Source: Anthoceros angustus
Taxonomy: Eukaryota; Plantae; Anthocerotophyta
Assembly: GCA_010909165.1 (NCBI GenBank)
Contig: MU008162.1
Coordinates: 1,364,001-1,428,000, forward strand
Reading direction: 5' to 3'
DNA length: 64,000 nt
Of this stretch, positions 1 through 11,496 are shown piece after piece (positions within the stretch are counted from its first letter, which is position 1; each line of letters starts with the position of its first letter). The translations under genes and the position numbers were made by a program. The notes beneath the pieces are model-generated. The model did no database searches. It worked only from the letters and a program-made list of their open reading frames with translations, and was not told the DNA's origin.

Positions 1-603
1 GCACCCTGGAGCTCCTTTCCGCCATCCCCGACTCCCTCCAGGAGCCCCGCCGCCTGCCCACAACCTCAGGTGCGGGCCCATTCCCGGATTCACTCCCGGG
101 CTCACTCCCCTGCCGCAGTAGAAGCCACTGCTCGTCCATCCTCCTCAAGGCCTGGTACGACATGCTTCCTCCAGCCCTGCCAGCCTCCACACCGCCGCTC
201 ACGCCCTCCATGATCCGCTGCAAAATGCGCCCACCTCACAAAATCAACCAATCATCACAATCCAGCTCTACCCAATCCCCCCCCACCCCGCCGTCCCAGC
301 ACCCACCTGCGTCCGAGTCGTGGAAAACGCTTCTTCCACGACCCCGCACCGGGGAGCCTCCCACCCGCTCCGCCCCGGTGCCACATTCCTGAACCCGCCA
401 GCCAGGCCCAGCATTCCCCGTCCCAAAACTCCGCCCACAACCTCCAATTTGCACAATCTCGCAGGACAAAGCTTGAGGCCCAGGTGCGGGGCCGGGGCGG
501 CCGAGCTGCTCAGGCAGCTCCTCACCTCCATCTCCAAAGCACCAACCTGCCAAGATTTACACAACGTTCCCACCACGGTCCCCCCGACGCCCAAGGCCTT
601 CAT
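1..603 (-). CDS. 5' part of FAD-dependent oxidoreductase / lycopene-cyclase-like protein (At2g32640-like), truncated by window edge
   Basis: Exon 1 603-307 (MKALGV...STTRTQ, donor GTGGGT), 89-nt intron with TTTGCAG acceptor, exon 2 217-1 reads RIMEGVSGGVEAGRAGGSMSYQALRRMDEQW. This matches the recalled plant motif RTQRIME..GGAGG.YSY.ALKRLD..W. Confidence 0.65.
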
Positions 604-711
604 CTCGCCCAGCTCGCAGCTGCATCCACCACAGCTCGAAGATCAGGAAGCAGGCCAGGCCTGGTTCTGCCACTCGGGTTACCCTGACTCGGGGCTCGAG
701 TTACTCCAACC

Positions 712-827
712 TGGGCCTATAACCCGGGTTATTACCTTCCCAGGTTAGTTCCACCTCTGATTTCTCGGTAGACTGTTTCCGGCCCCCAGGCGTCTATATA
801 TGCAAGCCCTAGCGGAGTGTAGGGTTT
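712..827 (+). promoter_or_regulatory. Ribosomal-protein-type promoter: site II (TGGGCC), TATA-like, telo-box
   Basis: TGGGCC 712-717, TATATAT 795-801 and TAGGGTTT (AAACCCTA reverse) 820-827, upstream of the RPS14 ATG. The site II plus telo-box pairing is typical of plant RP genes. Confidence 0.55.
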
Positions 828-884
828 CTCAGAGAAGACCGGCCTTCCAGCTCGAGCGAGGTCTTTGGCGCCTGGCTATCTTCT

Positions 885-908
885 GAGCGAGCGAGCGAGC
901 GAGCGAGC
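885..908. repeat. (GAGC)6 microsatellite in RPS14 5' leader
   Basis: Directly visible gagcgagcgagcgagcgagcgagc. Confidence 0.9.
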
Positions 909-944
909 AGCTGCCGCGCACGAGGAGAAGGATCGTCGGCCACC

Positions 945-1400
945 ATGTCGGGGAAGAAAAAGGTTCGCGAGGTGAAGGAGGAGAATGTGACGTTGGGCCC
1001 GACGGTTCGGGAAGGGGAGCATGTCTTCGGCGTGGCGCACATCTTCGCCTCCTTCAATGACACCTTCGTGCACGTGACGGACTTGTCCGGGAAGGAGACC
1101 ATAGCCCGCGTCACCGGCGGGATGAAGGTGAAGGCGGACAGGGATGAGGCGTCGCCGTACGCGGCTATGCTTGCCGCGCAGGATGTGGCGCAGAGGTGCA
1201 AGGAGCTCGGCCTGACGGCGCTGCACATCAAGCTCAGGGCCACAGGCGGGAACAAGACCAAGACGCCTGGCCCCGGTGCGCAGTCCGCTCTGCGTGCGCT
1301 TGCCCGATCTGGAATGAGAATCGGACGGATTGAGGATGTGACGCCTATTCCCACGGACAGCACCAGGAGAAAGGGAGGGCGCAGGGGTCGTCGTTTGTAG
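945..1400 (+). CDS. RPS14: 40S ribosomal protein S14 (uS11), intronless
   Basis: 151-aa ORF with [62 protein letters not shown]. Confidence 0.98.
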   Translation: MSGKKKVREVKEENVTLGPTVREGEHVFGVAHIFASFNDTFVHVTDLSGKETIARVTGGMKVKADRDEASPYAAMLAAQDVAQRCKELGLTALHIKLRATGGNKTKTPGPGAQSALRALARSGMRIGRIEDVTPIPTDSTRRKGGRRGRRL

Positions 1401-2169
1401 AGCCCTGGTTTTGATTGTAAGTTCTCGTCCGGTGTCGGATTGTGGTGTTCCTTCTGTCTGGTGCTGTTTTGAAAGGCAGCTGACAAAGGCATTCGGGCTT
1501 TGGTGTGGAGCAGCTCAGCGGGTCTGGTAGGAGGGAGCACTACTATGTTTTAGGTGTTGAGGCGGCCAGGTTTTGGACTATCTGGCCGGAGGCAAATTGC
1601 TGTCTTGATGGTAGCGACTGTAAGTGTCCCGGTGCCGTGGGCTGGGCTCCTTGTGGGGGTGGCGAGGTCTGCCCACGGTCGGTTTGGTGCCTAGGAAAAT
1701 GCATTGGACATTCGTTGTATGTGTTTGTTGTTGGCTAATTTCTGCCAATGATGATGCAAAATGATTTTCTACACGTTGCATCCCTACAATTTTTCGTAGG
1801 AAATTGTTTAACGCCTGCCGAAAACATTGAGAACATAATTCTTCTACTTCAACACGACTTCATTTATTTCCTCTATAAGCTGGCTTGTACACCACTTGTT
1901 TTTCCGCTCGCACAAACTCCCTCAAGGTTCATCCGCTCGCGTAATCCTGTTTTGACAACATGAACAAAACATTATCGGGGAATGTCCGAATGCTTGCAAT
2001 CAGGAAACTTATCAATTCAACTTATGACAGGAAGAAAGCAATCGCGAACTACCTGTGGGAAGGAGGCCCTCAACGTAGAGCCATCTTTGGTGGCTGAAGG
2101 CGATGGCGATATATCTCGACAAAGCACACGATCCGCATTCGCTGCAACTCTGAGACCGCATAACTCACT

Positions 2170-5100
2170 TCATGATGCTTCAGTCGCCTCAGAGATGGGC
2201 TCTGCAGACTCTGAAGGATCTGCAGGGACTTCCGGAGGGACTTCTGCAGATGTTCCCGACTCCTGGAAGTCATCCCATTCGTAGTCCGAGTCAATCCCAT
2301 CCTGAGGTGCCGGGGATGAGGGCTGTGGTGGAGACGAGGGCTGTGGTGGAGGAGAAGAGGGCCCCTTGACCAAAGCCTGTGTCTTGGGAATCGGCGAAGC
2401 ACTAGGAGGATGAAGGAATACTTTGCCCAAAGTTGGTAGTGGAAGCGGTAGGGTTGGTGTTGGTGTTGCTTTGCTAGCTGGTGCAGAGCTCTGTCCAACT
2501 GAAGCTCTGATAATAGCCTGGAGCCTCTGCCTCGACTCAAGGGGCAGCTCAGCCAACACCGTCTTGAACTGAGTTGCATATGTCGGGACGGACGCAAGGT
2601 GAGTGACAAGCTTCACTGCAACATTCGTTAGTGTTGTCACATCCTGCGAGTTGCCATCAGCAGCAGCCACAGAAGAAACAGCAATCATGATGGGGAGAAG
2701 CAGATGTAGCACTTCCTGTTGGGCTTCATCCCCCTGGACTAACGAGTGCAACAGCACAAGAACCTTTAAGCTCTCACTAACAACACCGACTGTGGGAGTT
2801 GTCATTTTCGTCTGTATTGCATCGTGCACAAAGGTTGTGATCACAACACCTAGCACACGAACCAGTAGCAGTGCCCAGACAGGATTCTGGCCTTTTGCCT
2901 GGTCAGCGATGCCAGCTTGACAAATTGTTCTCACAGTCTGCAGTGATGACATCTGTCCTGCTACACTGGAACTTGAGAAAGCCTGAAGTAGGCAGTTGAT
3001 GCCTCGAGATTGAGCTGCCCTTTCTAAGCCTTCCTCTTCTCCAGCTGCAGTCCCTGGAAGAGATGACCCCATGCCAGCTATGACTCCCAGCAGTTGCAGG
3101 AGCTGCTTGTCATCTGGGTCTCCAGCTTGTCCAATACATACAGTAAACAGCTGAGCGAGACTCTCCACTCCTGCAGCAAGTAGTGCTTTCCTGCTTGAAG
3201 CTGGAAATCGCTCAGAGTCATTGCCAGCCTCTGCTGCAACCATGGTCAATCTTGCCAGAAAACTCAATGCACCGACGAAGATATCTCCTCTCACTGACAC
3301 TGTAGTCAGAATGTTCAGTGCCCCATCAAGCAGCAACGGGAGCAAGTATGCCTGGACTTCCACATTTGCTCTGCCAGCTACATTAGCCATTGCTTGCAGT
3401 GCAGATGCAACTATTGTGTTTACTTCAAGGGCATCCATTCCCCAAGAGGCACCCCCAACAATTTGATGAACATAGTCCATGCATATCTCAGCTGCCACAA
3501 AACTTTCCTCTTGTACATAGTGGTCTGGTGCACAAGTCAGGATCCTGTTCACGAGCTGTAATACCGCACCTGGAGGCAAGTAGTTCTTGTGGAAGCTAGC
3601 GTACAACAGAACCTGCAGAAGCTCCTTGCTGAGATCGACTGACAACATATCGTCTGAATAGAATCCCCTGGTACAGAGACAGCCAAGCACTTGCAAAGCA
3701 ACCTGAGCATCAGAAGCTACTCCAGAAGTGGAGCTCCAGAGAACCTTGTGAGTCAGTGAAGGCATGCTGCTAAAAACAGCAGAAGTCCTCTGATTCCTGT
3801 CTTTCCTAGTCCTGAATAAAAGTAAACCAAGTGCTGCCGCCCACAGAACAGAATAATCTGCAGGTCCAATTTCCAGGCCTTTGACATAAGCAGCCCTAAC
3901 ACTTTCGCCAGGATCAGCATCATCGTTACTACCAGGAGTAGTGCTTGGACTGCTGGCAGGAGCAGCACCGACACAAACAGCTTGTAAAATTGTGGGACAT
4001 ACTTCCACCAAAGTGGGCTGTACCACTGCTGCAATGGCTGGTGATTCCATGCCTGCCATTGAAGCATGATACTTCGCGTTAGCTTTTGATGCTAGGCACG
4101 TAGCCAGGGCAACATGGTCCCTCAACAACTCAACCCAACGTGGAGCGAGCAAAGCTATGTTTCCACCTATCAGTGGGCGTAGGACTTGTCTGTCAACATA
4201 ACCAGGCAAACCTTCTTTACAGGTCCCGAAAGCATAGTTTTTAACAGCTGCATGAGCTTCCAAAAGTCCAACCTGAACCTTTACGCCAACCCATTCAGCA
4301 TGCTCTGGAAAGCTATGTTCATCCCACCTGGGCAATGGCTGCGATAGGAGATGGATTACTCGATTAAGCACTCCCCGATCTCCAGCTGCCATACCACTAG
4401 TAACGAATCTAGCAGCCAGTCTTGCACCAGCACCCATGAGTAAGGCACCCGCAGATGCCTCCAGTGCTGTTCGGATAGCTGAAACTAACTGGGCCTGGTA
4501 TTGTTCAAGCAGGAGATGATCCTTGAAGTCTGGATCCTCCGTTTTCCCAAACTTGTCAACAATTGTTGCCAAAAGTGCAACACCCAATGGTCGCAGGCTC
4601 TCCAAGGTGCCAGTGGCGACCTGAAATGCTAGCGTGACAAGTTCGCCAAGATAAAGTACAAGCCAATCTTGATCCACAGTCTGAGGCCCAGCCTGTTGTG
4701 CTTGTGCAGATGACAGATTAAAATGCCTGGGATCGTCTCCAACAGCGAGGGGTACACGGCTCAGGCACTCTGCAGCAAAGACACGTGTTGGATAGCGAGG
4801 CTGCTCAGCTTCACCTGTTCGGATTTCAGGCTTCTGTGGTCTTTGGTCCCCAGTAATCATGCCCTCATCATCATCCAATGACATGACTTCATGTGTCTGT
4901 GCATTCCCACTGTCACGAGAATTGCTAACAGCAGACCTTCCTGCTACTGGTGTTGTGAGGACCACATTTTTACAAAGTTGCAGCCAGCGAGAAGGAAAAG
5001 ACGGACAGGAAGATTCAAGTAATCTCTCTAAGGTCAGTCTGATTGTAGAGATGATTTTTGCGTCCGTCTCCTTGTCAAGCATTGCAAAAAGGTCCTCCTC

Positions 5101-8100
5101 AATCCGTTCCTTAACAACAGATGCAGAATCCCTTTCAGTAAGATGTCGCAAAGTAGCAACAGCTGCTAGACGGAGTGAAGGCTGTCTTGAGGACAATATG
5201 GGCCTGAGCGTTCGCACGTGAGTACAAACCGGCACAGCTTGAGGAGCAAATAACACCAGCTGCTGAGTATAAAGCACACATTCCAACAGGGCTGCTGGCT
5301 CCTCGCTGGTGCTTATTTCTGCAAGAACAGTCTTGCATCGGCCAAAAAGCGAACTGCCGGGAGACAGCTCAGGGCCAAGCACGGCGACAATCACGTTAAG
5401 CAGACGGCCAATACTTTCATAAAGCTCAAAAGCACCTTGATCTTGAGAAAGCAAGAGATCCATAGCCACAGCCAAAGAACCTTTTACATGTGGAACATAA
5501 GACAGGCCAGCAGCATCAGCTGTTAAGCACAATGCATGCAGTGCCCATATGTGGAGAGAGTCTCTAGTATCCTTGGTAAGGGCATACAGTGCTTGGACAG
5601 TGGCAGGGACCAGAGCTGATAAAGCCATACCCCCTACATTGCGGTGAATGCAACCCAGGGCAAAGGCAATTGAAGCTTTATAAGTAGGTTCCTGTACTGC
5701 TGCAAGGTCTGCCAACAGACTCCTGGTCATGCGGATTTCACCTCCAGTACGAGCCAAAATGCCAAGCCCTTCAGCAGCAGCACGACGTTGAGCCACCAGA
5801 GATCCTTCTTCAGCTAGTATACCCTGCAGAAGAGCCTGGAGCTGCTGCTGAACCTGTGCATCGAGGACCTGGGCTCTGGCAAGTGCAACCCCTTTGAGAC
5901 CACCAAGCAAAGCTACACAGATGTTTGTTATGTTTGCAGCATGCCAATTCTTATTCTTGCCAGCCTTGGCAGAGTTTTGCACTAGATCAATCACTAGCAA
6001 TTTACTCTTTGTATCCTGAGCAGCGAAGAGGACTCCTAAGCAGAGCAGCATCTCATCAACAAGCAAAGTTGTCAAAGGAAGACTTTGAGGAAAGACAGTG
6101 AGGTCAGAATCCCACACAGATGGTAATAGCCCATCAGAATCACCTTCAAACTCCCTGAGCTCGTCCACAAAAGAATCCCGTCCAGAGACCCACGGTCCAA
6201 GGTGCGCATCTCTCTGATCCAGCAACCTTCTCAAGCAAGAGCTTGCAACAGCAGACGAAGGATCTTTGAATGGCTGGGAACACAGTGCCAATAGAGTAGC
6301 ATGGTCGCTCTTATACAAAGTAGGGTCCGGCACAGCCTGAAACGCCCTTAAAATATTGAGAGTGAATTTATCAACTGCTGCCTTCAATGAAGCAGGTGCT
6401 TGTTGCGACAAAGGGGACGAAAGGTACAGCAGTGCACGGCTCAGGAAGCCTATCACAGCCTTGACCAAACCTGTGTCCCGTGAAGCTGACAGTCTGGCAA
6501 CTACATAGCTTTTGATAAAAGCCCTAAGAGCTTCAACAGCAGCCGACCAGCCTGCCAACTCTCCAGCTAGATTGGCCTCGGCCTGCTTCAGTTGATTTTC
6601 CACTCGGTCACCAAAATCGACCATCCAGAGGAAAACCAGCTCATGCTCATACTGTTCCAATGCCTCGGTAGGCATGGATAGCACAAACGAGCCAACCAAC
6701 ATCCAGCCAGCTTCCTTTGCCTCTAGATTCTTTCTGCCAAGCTGAAAGATAATCTTCCTCCCAAGGTCCAAGACCGCTGACGGCAACCTAAGAGGTATTC
6801 CAAGCAGAAGCTTCGGACTCCCAATAAGCAACGCTGCCAGCATCGCTGATTGACCATGCAGCATGTCCATGTCAGCCCTCAGCCGATCACCCTTTTCGGT
6901 CGCCAATACGTCAAGCATCGCCAGGAGAGTGGTGAGGCCACAAGACATGAGATTGTTAACACAGACAGGGTCCACCTCTGCCAGTGCACGAAGAGTTAAT
7001 GCTGCCTCCACGCGAACCGGAGCATGACTATGCGACAACAAGTCCAACAGGGCACCATCCAGAGCTCCCCGCAAATCAAATGATATTTCCCCCAGCGTGA
7101 CCAGAAGGTGCGACAAGGTCCTGAGCACCACAACAAGCATGGAAGGGCTACAATCCGCCGACCCCAGTTGCTTCGTGAGCTGCTTCAGAAGATCCTTCTG
7201 CGCCAACTCCCCCATCTGATCCACAACCCCAACCCGTATAATATACAAGACACAAACCAAGGCATGTGGGTCCCCTGCAGCCTTGGAACCGGAACCCAGC
7301 ATACTCAACGCCTGCATTGCATAGCTCTGAAGCTCGAAATCGCTATGCCCATGAGTCAAATGCATCCCTTGCAAGAAAGACACCCAAGCAATCGTAATTC
7401 CAATCCTCACGTCCCTGAACTTAGCCCCCGACCCCTTGGTGAAGGGTACAAGCAGGTACTTCTGCAGCCCTCCTTCCATAGCCTTGGGGGGCGTGGACGA
7501 CCCCTTCCCCCTCACCGGCTGCACCTGAGCCTCCGGATTCAACCCTAACGCCAGCACAGCCCCGAGCGCAGCCGCATACCCATCCCTCACTGCCTGCGCA
7601 GGATCCTCCAAAGCCCTGACGCACAACCCAGCACAACTCTCCAGCCCCGCTGCCGCCAGCCCCGGCCCTCCCGCCAGCGCAAACTCCGCAACGCACCTCC
7701 CAGCCAGGGCTCTCACACCCGCAACCTTGTCCCCTCCCCCAGCCTTCTGAATCACCTTCAAGGCCTCCCCGTACGCGGGGCCGGCCACCCCGCCCCCCAG
7801 CCCGTGCAGCGCATCCAGCAGCAGTTGCATGGCCGCCTGCCGCACCGACGCGTCCGGCAGCTTCATCAGCTTGGCCACAATGCTGGTGGTCTCCAGAAAC
7901 CCTGACCCCAGCTTCTTCCCGAACGCCCGGTACAGCGCCCCCAGGCACTGCGCAGCTCCGACCAGCGCCGTGGTGGGCTCGAACTTCTTGATCTCCGCCT
8001 TCTCCGACAGCCAGCCCTGCAGGCTGCTGGCCCGCGAGTAGAGCGAGATGGAGTCCCCTTTCTCGATCATCCGCACCAGGGCCGCGGACGCCAGCCGCCT

Positions 8101-8334
8101 CACCGGCCGCCCGCAGCCCAGCACCAGGAGCGCCTGCAGCGCATCCTCCGCCTTCCTCTGGCAGGGCAGGATGGCCTCATTGGGCTCCGAATCCACGATC
8201 TCCACCAGCTCCGACAGCAGATCGAAGCAGATGAGCGCATCCGGCGGCCTCTGCAGCGCAGCGCTCACAATCACCTCCACCTGGGCCACCGCCAGCGCCA
8301 GCTTCGACACCGTATCTCCACCCGCCTGCGCCAT
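2170..8334 (-). CDS. HEAT-repeat protein HEATR5/SWEETIE homolog, single 6165-nt ORF
   Basis: Uninterrupted 2054-aa alpha-helical ORF. Motifs GDSISLYSRASSLQGWL, HALCLTADAAGLSYVPHV, LLEQYQAQLVSA and an acidic C-tail (DYEWDDFQE) resemble plant HEATR5/SWEETIE. Confidence 0.85.
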   Translation of the reverse strand: MAQAGGDTVSKLALAVAQVEVIVSAALQRPPDALICFDLLSELVEIVDSEPNEAILPCQRKAEDALQALLVLGCGRPVRRLASAALVRMIEKGDSISLYSRASSLQGWLSEKAEIKKFEPTTALVGAAQCLGALYRAFGKKLGSGFLETTSIVAKLMKLPDASVRQAAMQLLLDALHGLGGGVAGPAYGEALKVIQKAGGGDKVAGVRALAGRCVAEFALAGGPGLAAAGLESCAGLCVRALEDPAQAVRDGYAAALGAVLALGLNPEAQVQPVRGKGSSTPPKAMEGGLQKYLLVPFTKGSGAKFRDVRIGITIAWVSFLQGMHLTHGHSDFELQSYAMQALSMLGSGSKAAGDPHALVCVLYIIRVGVVDQMGELAQKDLLKQLTKQLGSADCSPSMLVVVLRTLSHLLVTLGEISFDLRGALDGALLDLLSHSHAPVRVEAALTLRALAEVDPVCVNNLMSCGLTTLLAMLDVLATEKGDRLRADMDMLHGQSAMLAALLIGSPKLLLGIPLRLPSAVLDLGRKIIFQLGRKNLEAKEAGWMLVGSFVLSMPTEALEQYEHELVFLWMVDFGDRVENQLKQAEANLAGELAGWSAAVEALRAFIKSYVVARLSASRDTGLVKAVIGFLSRALLYLSSPLSQQAPASLKAAVDKFTLNILRAFQAVPDPTLYKSDHATLLALCSQPFKDPSSAVASSCLRRLLDQRDAHLGPWVSGRDSFVDELREFEGDSDGLLPSVWDSDLTVFPQSLPLTTLLVDEMLLCLGVLFAAQDTKSKLLVIDLVQNSAKAGKNKNWHAANITNICVALLGGLKGVALARAQVLDAQVQQQLQALLQGILAEEGSLVAQRRAAAEGLGILARTGGEIRMTRSLLADLAAVQEPTYKASIAFALGCIHRNVGGMALSALVPATVQALYALTKDTRDSLHIWALHALCLTADAAGLSYVPHVKGSLAVAMDLLLSQDQGAFELYESIGRLLNVIVAVLGPELSPGSSLFGRCKTVLAEISTSEEPAALLECVLYTQQLVLFAPQAVPVCTHVRTLRPILSSRQPSLRLAAVATLRHLTERDSASVVKERIEEDLFAMLDKETDAKIISTIRLTLERLLESSCPSFPSRWLQLCKNVVLTTPVAGRSAVSNSRDSGNAQTHEVMSLDDDEGMITGDQRPQKPEIRTGEAEQPRYPTRVFAAECLSRVPLAVGDDPRHFNLSSAQAQQAGPQTVDQDWLVLYLGELVTLAFQVATGTLESLRPLGVALLATIVDKFGKTEDPDFKDHLLLEQYQAQLVSAIRTALEASAGALLMGAGARLAARFVTSGMAAGDRGVLNRVIHLLSQPLPRWDEHSFPEHAEWVGVKVQVGLLEAHAAVKNYAFGTCKEGLPGYVDRQVLRPLIGGNIALLAPRWVELLRDHVALATCLASKANAKYHASMAGMESPAIAAVVQPTLVEVCPTILQAVCVGAAPASSPSTTPGSNDDADPGESVRAAYVKGLEIGPADYSVLWAAALGLLLFRTRKDRNQRTSAVFSSMPSLTHKVLWSSTSGVASDAQVALQVLGCLCTRGFYSDDMLSVDLSKELLQVLLYASFHKNYLPPGAVLQLVNRILTCAPDHYVQEESFVAAEICMDYVHQIVGGASWGMDALEVNTIVASALQAMANVAGRANVEVQAYLLPLLLDGALNILTTVSVRGDIFVGALSFLARLTMVAAEAGNDSERFPASSRKALLAAGVESLAQLFTVCIGQAGDPDDKQLLQLLGVIAGMGSSLPGTAAGEEEGLERAAQSRGINCLLQAFSSSSVAGQMSSLQTVRTICQAGIADQAKGQNPVWALLLVRVLGVVITTFVHDAIQTKMTTPTVGVVSESLKVLVLLHSLVQGDEAQQEVLHLLLPIMIAVSSVAAADGNSQDVTTLTNVAVKLVTHLASVPTYATQFKTVLAELPLESRQRLQAIIRASVGQSSAPASKATPTPTLPLPLPTLGKVFLHPPSASPIPKTQALVKGPSSPPPQPSSPPQPSSPAPQDGIDSDYEWDDFQESGTSAEVPPEVPADPSESAEPISEATEAS

Positions 8335-8427
8335 CTCTGCCCCTCTTCCTCCTCCACCACCTCCTGCTCCCCCTCGCGCGGATCATGAGCGTGTCATCGC
8401 AATCTCCTCTTCACACCGCACACGAAT

Positions 8428-8521
8428 CCATCCATCTGCCTTTGCCAACAAACGTTCTCCACCCATTTGCCTTTGCCAACAAACACAGACTTTCTCCATC
8501 CATCTGCCTTCGCAAACAAAC
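8428..8521. repeat. Three imperfect ~26-bp copies (CCATCCATCTGCCTTTGCCAACAAAC) upstream of HEATR5 start
   Basis: Copies at 8428, 8463 and 8496. Confidence 0.75.
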
Positions 8522-9006
8522 ATTTCCCACGACCTCCTCGGCCTCAGCGCTGGCATCCAATGCACGGTCAATTTTGTACAACATCATCGACAAATGCAGG
8601 AGCCCACCTCACCCGATCTTGCCAAACACAGAAACACACCATAGACCTCACAACGGTGGGAGAGCTTACTCTCCGCGACCGCTTTACTTTCAATGTCCAT
8701 CAACTTCCTTCATGTGAAAGACGAGTGCCCACCTAACTCCCCCAAATGCCCTAGGTAAAGTTTTCCTTTAGCCTAGCTGGTATAACTCAATACAATTTTT
8801 TTTCCTTACCACACCTAATATTTTATACGCTAGGTCTCTCATTTTAGGCCTGGAGAACTCTTTTTTCAAAAATCTAGTGGAAAAAGGCTCGAAAACCAGC
8901 CAAGATGTGGAGATTGCAACGATTTGGCCTCTACCAATCAAAGGATTTGCAAAGGCTGAATTGAAGTTGACATCCGTCACCACTAAGTTAGAAAAGAAGA
9001 CAGAGG

Positions 9007-9105
9007 ATCTTTATGCAACAAAGGAAGAGAAGGTCGTGAATCTTTATGCAACAGAGGAAGAGAAGGTCGTGAATCTTTATGCAACAGAGGAAGAGAAGGT
9101 CGTGA
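9007..9105. repeat. 33-bp tandem repeat x3
   Basis: ATCTTTATGCAACA(A/G)AGGAAGAGAAGGTCGTGA at 9007, 9040 and 9073. Confidence 0.95.
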
Positions 9106-9741
9106 CTTTGGAATCGGATAACCATGAATATTTTAAAAAGATTCCATAATTCTATAAATAATGTTATTTGATAAGACTATTATCAAATATTATAGGATTA
9201 GATATAGGATGTTATAAGATATAAGATGGTCTCATCTACATTAGGACAAGTTGGAGAAAGACCCTCTCATGTTACTAGAAAGTGGAGAAAAAATATTCCA
9301 ATAGAGAGCTAAGGTTCATACATACTTAGCTCCTATCATTTCTATGACATGACATGTGGGTTCTACCTTACGGCTTTGATGGCTTCGTAGTTTCTATGAC
9401 ATCGCTATGTCGTTAGTTCTACCTTACAGCTTTCATGGCTTTGTAGCCAGGAATTCAAAAGAACTTCCTCCGAGGAAGTAAGCAATCTCTAATTTGACGA
9501 TTAGAGACGATCATACACAAATCTTTTTCATTCAATGTTCCATTGCAATAGAAAACATAAAATTTACAAAAATTATGAACCACGTTTGAGTTCAATAAAT
9601 ATTCAACTATCATTTTGTTTGATATGGATGATTTCCAATAGGCTCGGATATATTAATACAAAAAATGTTAATGAAAAGATATTTTAGTTTCAAATAACCA
9701 ATTGATCATCCTACGTTGCCAAATAAATTATATACCAATAA

Positions 9742-10278
9742 TTAATTTGAATTTCTTGAATATTTTTTAGAGGACCATATATGTTCAACATTTTGAGTTT
9801 TCGTGTTGATGGAGTCTATGACAAGATAAGGTGAAGCATCAATTTCTAGAATTCGTAGTTGATAGGTGAAACCTTTAGTATTTCCGGTTCCGCTTAGTGA
9901 TGCCCAAACTTGATAGATTGTCGAAGTCGAGAGGATCAAATTTCCATCTTCTTCCAAGGTAACCTTGCAACCGTCTCTCCAATTTGGTGCTACTTTTGGA
10001 AATGATGTCCATATTGCGTCATCCGGGTTGGATTTGGTTTGCAATACTAAAACACATTCAATATTTGGACCAAAAATGTAGTCTCCTAATTGAAGAGATT
10101 CACCGTAGTGAAGTGACATGCCTTGTTCCAAGATGTCCTTAACACTTGAAGCTTGATTGAAACCCCAATTAAAGTCAAACTGTGTCTCATTTAGAACTTG
10201 ACTATTTGTTAGTACTCTACTTTCTATTTGCATAATTGAAGACAACAGTAAAGCAAAGAAGAAAAATATGTACGCCAT
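9742..10278 (-). CDS. Secreted bulb-type (GNA-like) lectin-fold protein L1
   Basis: Hydrophobic N-terminus (MAYIFFFFALLLSS). LEQGMSL..GESL, ECVLVL..IWTS, GCKVTLEEDGNLIL..VWAS, IWSS align with the three GNA subdomains and both Cys. Confidence 0.75.
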   Translation of the reverse strand: MAYIFFFFALLLSSIMQIESRVLTNSQVLNETQFDFNWGFNQASSVKDILEQGMSLHYGESLQLGDYIFGPNIECVLVLQTKSNPDDAIWTSFPKVAPNWRDGCKVTLEEDGNLILSTSTIYQVWASLSGTGNTKGFTYQLRILEIDASPYLVIDSINTKTQNVEHIWSSKKYSRNSN

Positions 10279-10925
10279 ATGAATTCAAAAATATTAAATG
10301 AAGGATTGTGTCAAGGAGAAAAGGGGACTTATACTAGTTTTATATACCAGAATTTAAAATTAATATTTTAATTTAAAAATATTATCTTTTAAAAATCTAA
10401 GATCTTTATCACTAAAAATTGGAAAGAACAATGTGCAAGTGATCTAATATTCTACCCTCTCGCAAATAACCCCGTGAGCATCGAGACTCTAAGGATATAG
10501 AATCGATTCTTCAAAAGTTTAGATAAAATATATGTATACAAATATACCGGTCAAGACTCCAAAAGATATATAGATTCTGATTGCATTGATTCTATGTGAC
10601 ATATATCCCATTATCTTTGCGGACAGCGACTCCATGACTCTTGCCAATTATCAGTGATTGCATGAGCCTCCTTAACTAATACAGATTCTTAGCTAATCAT
10701 TTTTCAAAACTTTACAAATATGGGCAACCAGGCATTAAGTGGATGAATCTCCTTCCATATGCCTATATGTGGCACAATAATGAACATTATAACTATACAA
10801 GACTAGACAAGTTTGTGTTTTTTGGGTTTAATTCTCAATACAATATAAAATTTTCCACCCACGTACACACATCTTGAGATCTAACCTCATTCTCTTCATA
10901 TAAGATTATTCCGTCTACAAAGACC

Positions 10926-11465
10926 ATGAGAATAGAACTATATCTAATGCCATATTATAGTTTTTTCTTCAATTGTGTCTTCGTAATTTCCATGATGATG
11001 AAGATTACACATGCAAAAAATACAAAAGTGATATCAAATGAACCAATTCATGGCAATATGGTTATAATGCCGGAGTATATGCTGAATGCTTTGAATCAAG
11101 GTATGTCACTTGAAATGGGCGATTATTTTTTTTCAAATGGGTACACATTTGGCCTTACAACAAAATGTGACTTACTACTAGCAAAAAGTTTAGATCCAAA
11201 AATGGAGATATGGAAATCGTATCCAAGTGTGTCCGTGGAAGAAGATTCAAGTGATGGGTGTAAAGTCACCATGGGTAGTGATGGAAACTTAGTTATCTCT
11301 ACTTCAACAATCCTCATAGTATGGGAATCTAGAACTGCAAGTGCAAGAAAAGATGTGTTTTATCAACTTATACTAGATACTAATGACCAAAACCATGTTC
11401 ATGCGAAAATCATTGCCATAGATAATTTAACAGAAGGTATCACGCTTATATGGTCTACACCTTAA
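10926..11465 (+). CDS. Secreted bulb-type lectin-fold protein L2
   Basis: Signal-like N-terminus; LNQGMSL..GDYF, KCDLLL..IWKS, GCKVTMGSDGNLVI..VWES, IWST. Closest to L1 and divergent from it. Confidence 0.75.
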   Translation: MRIELYLMPYYSFFFNCVFVISMMMKITHAKNTKVISNEPIHGNMVIMPEYMLNALNQGMSLEMGDYFFSNGYTFGLTTKCDLLLAKSLDPKMEIWKSYPSVSVEEDSSDGCKVTMGSDGNLVISTSTILIVWESRTASARKDVFYQLILDTNDQNHVHAKIIAIDNLTEGITLIWSTP

Positions 11466-11496
11466 GATGCAGCACAAGGGAACCCGATGCTAGCTG

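Noticed and set aside
8877-9149. 90-aa ORF containing the 33-bp repeat (NLYATEEEKVV x3)
   Set aside because: GTG start, and the open frame is explained by the in-frame repeat unit; no other coding evidence.
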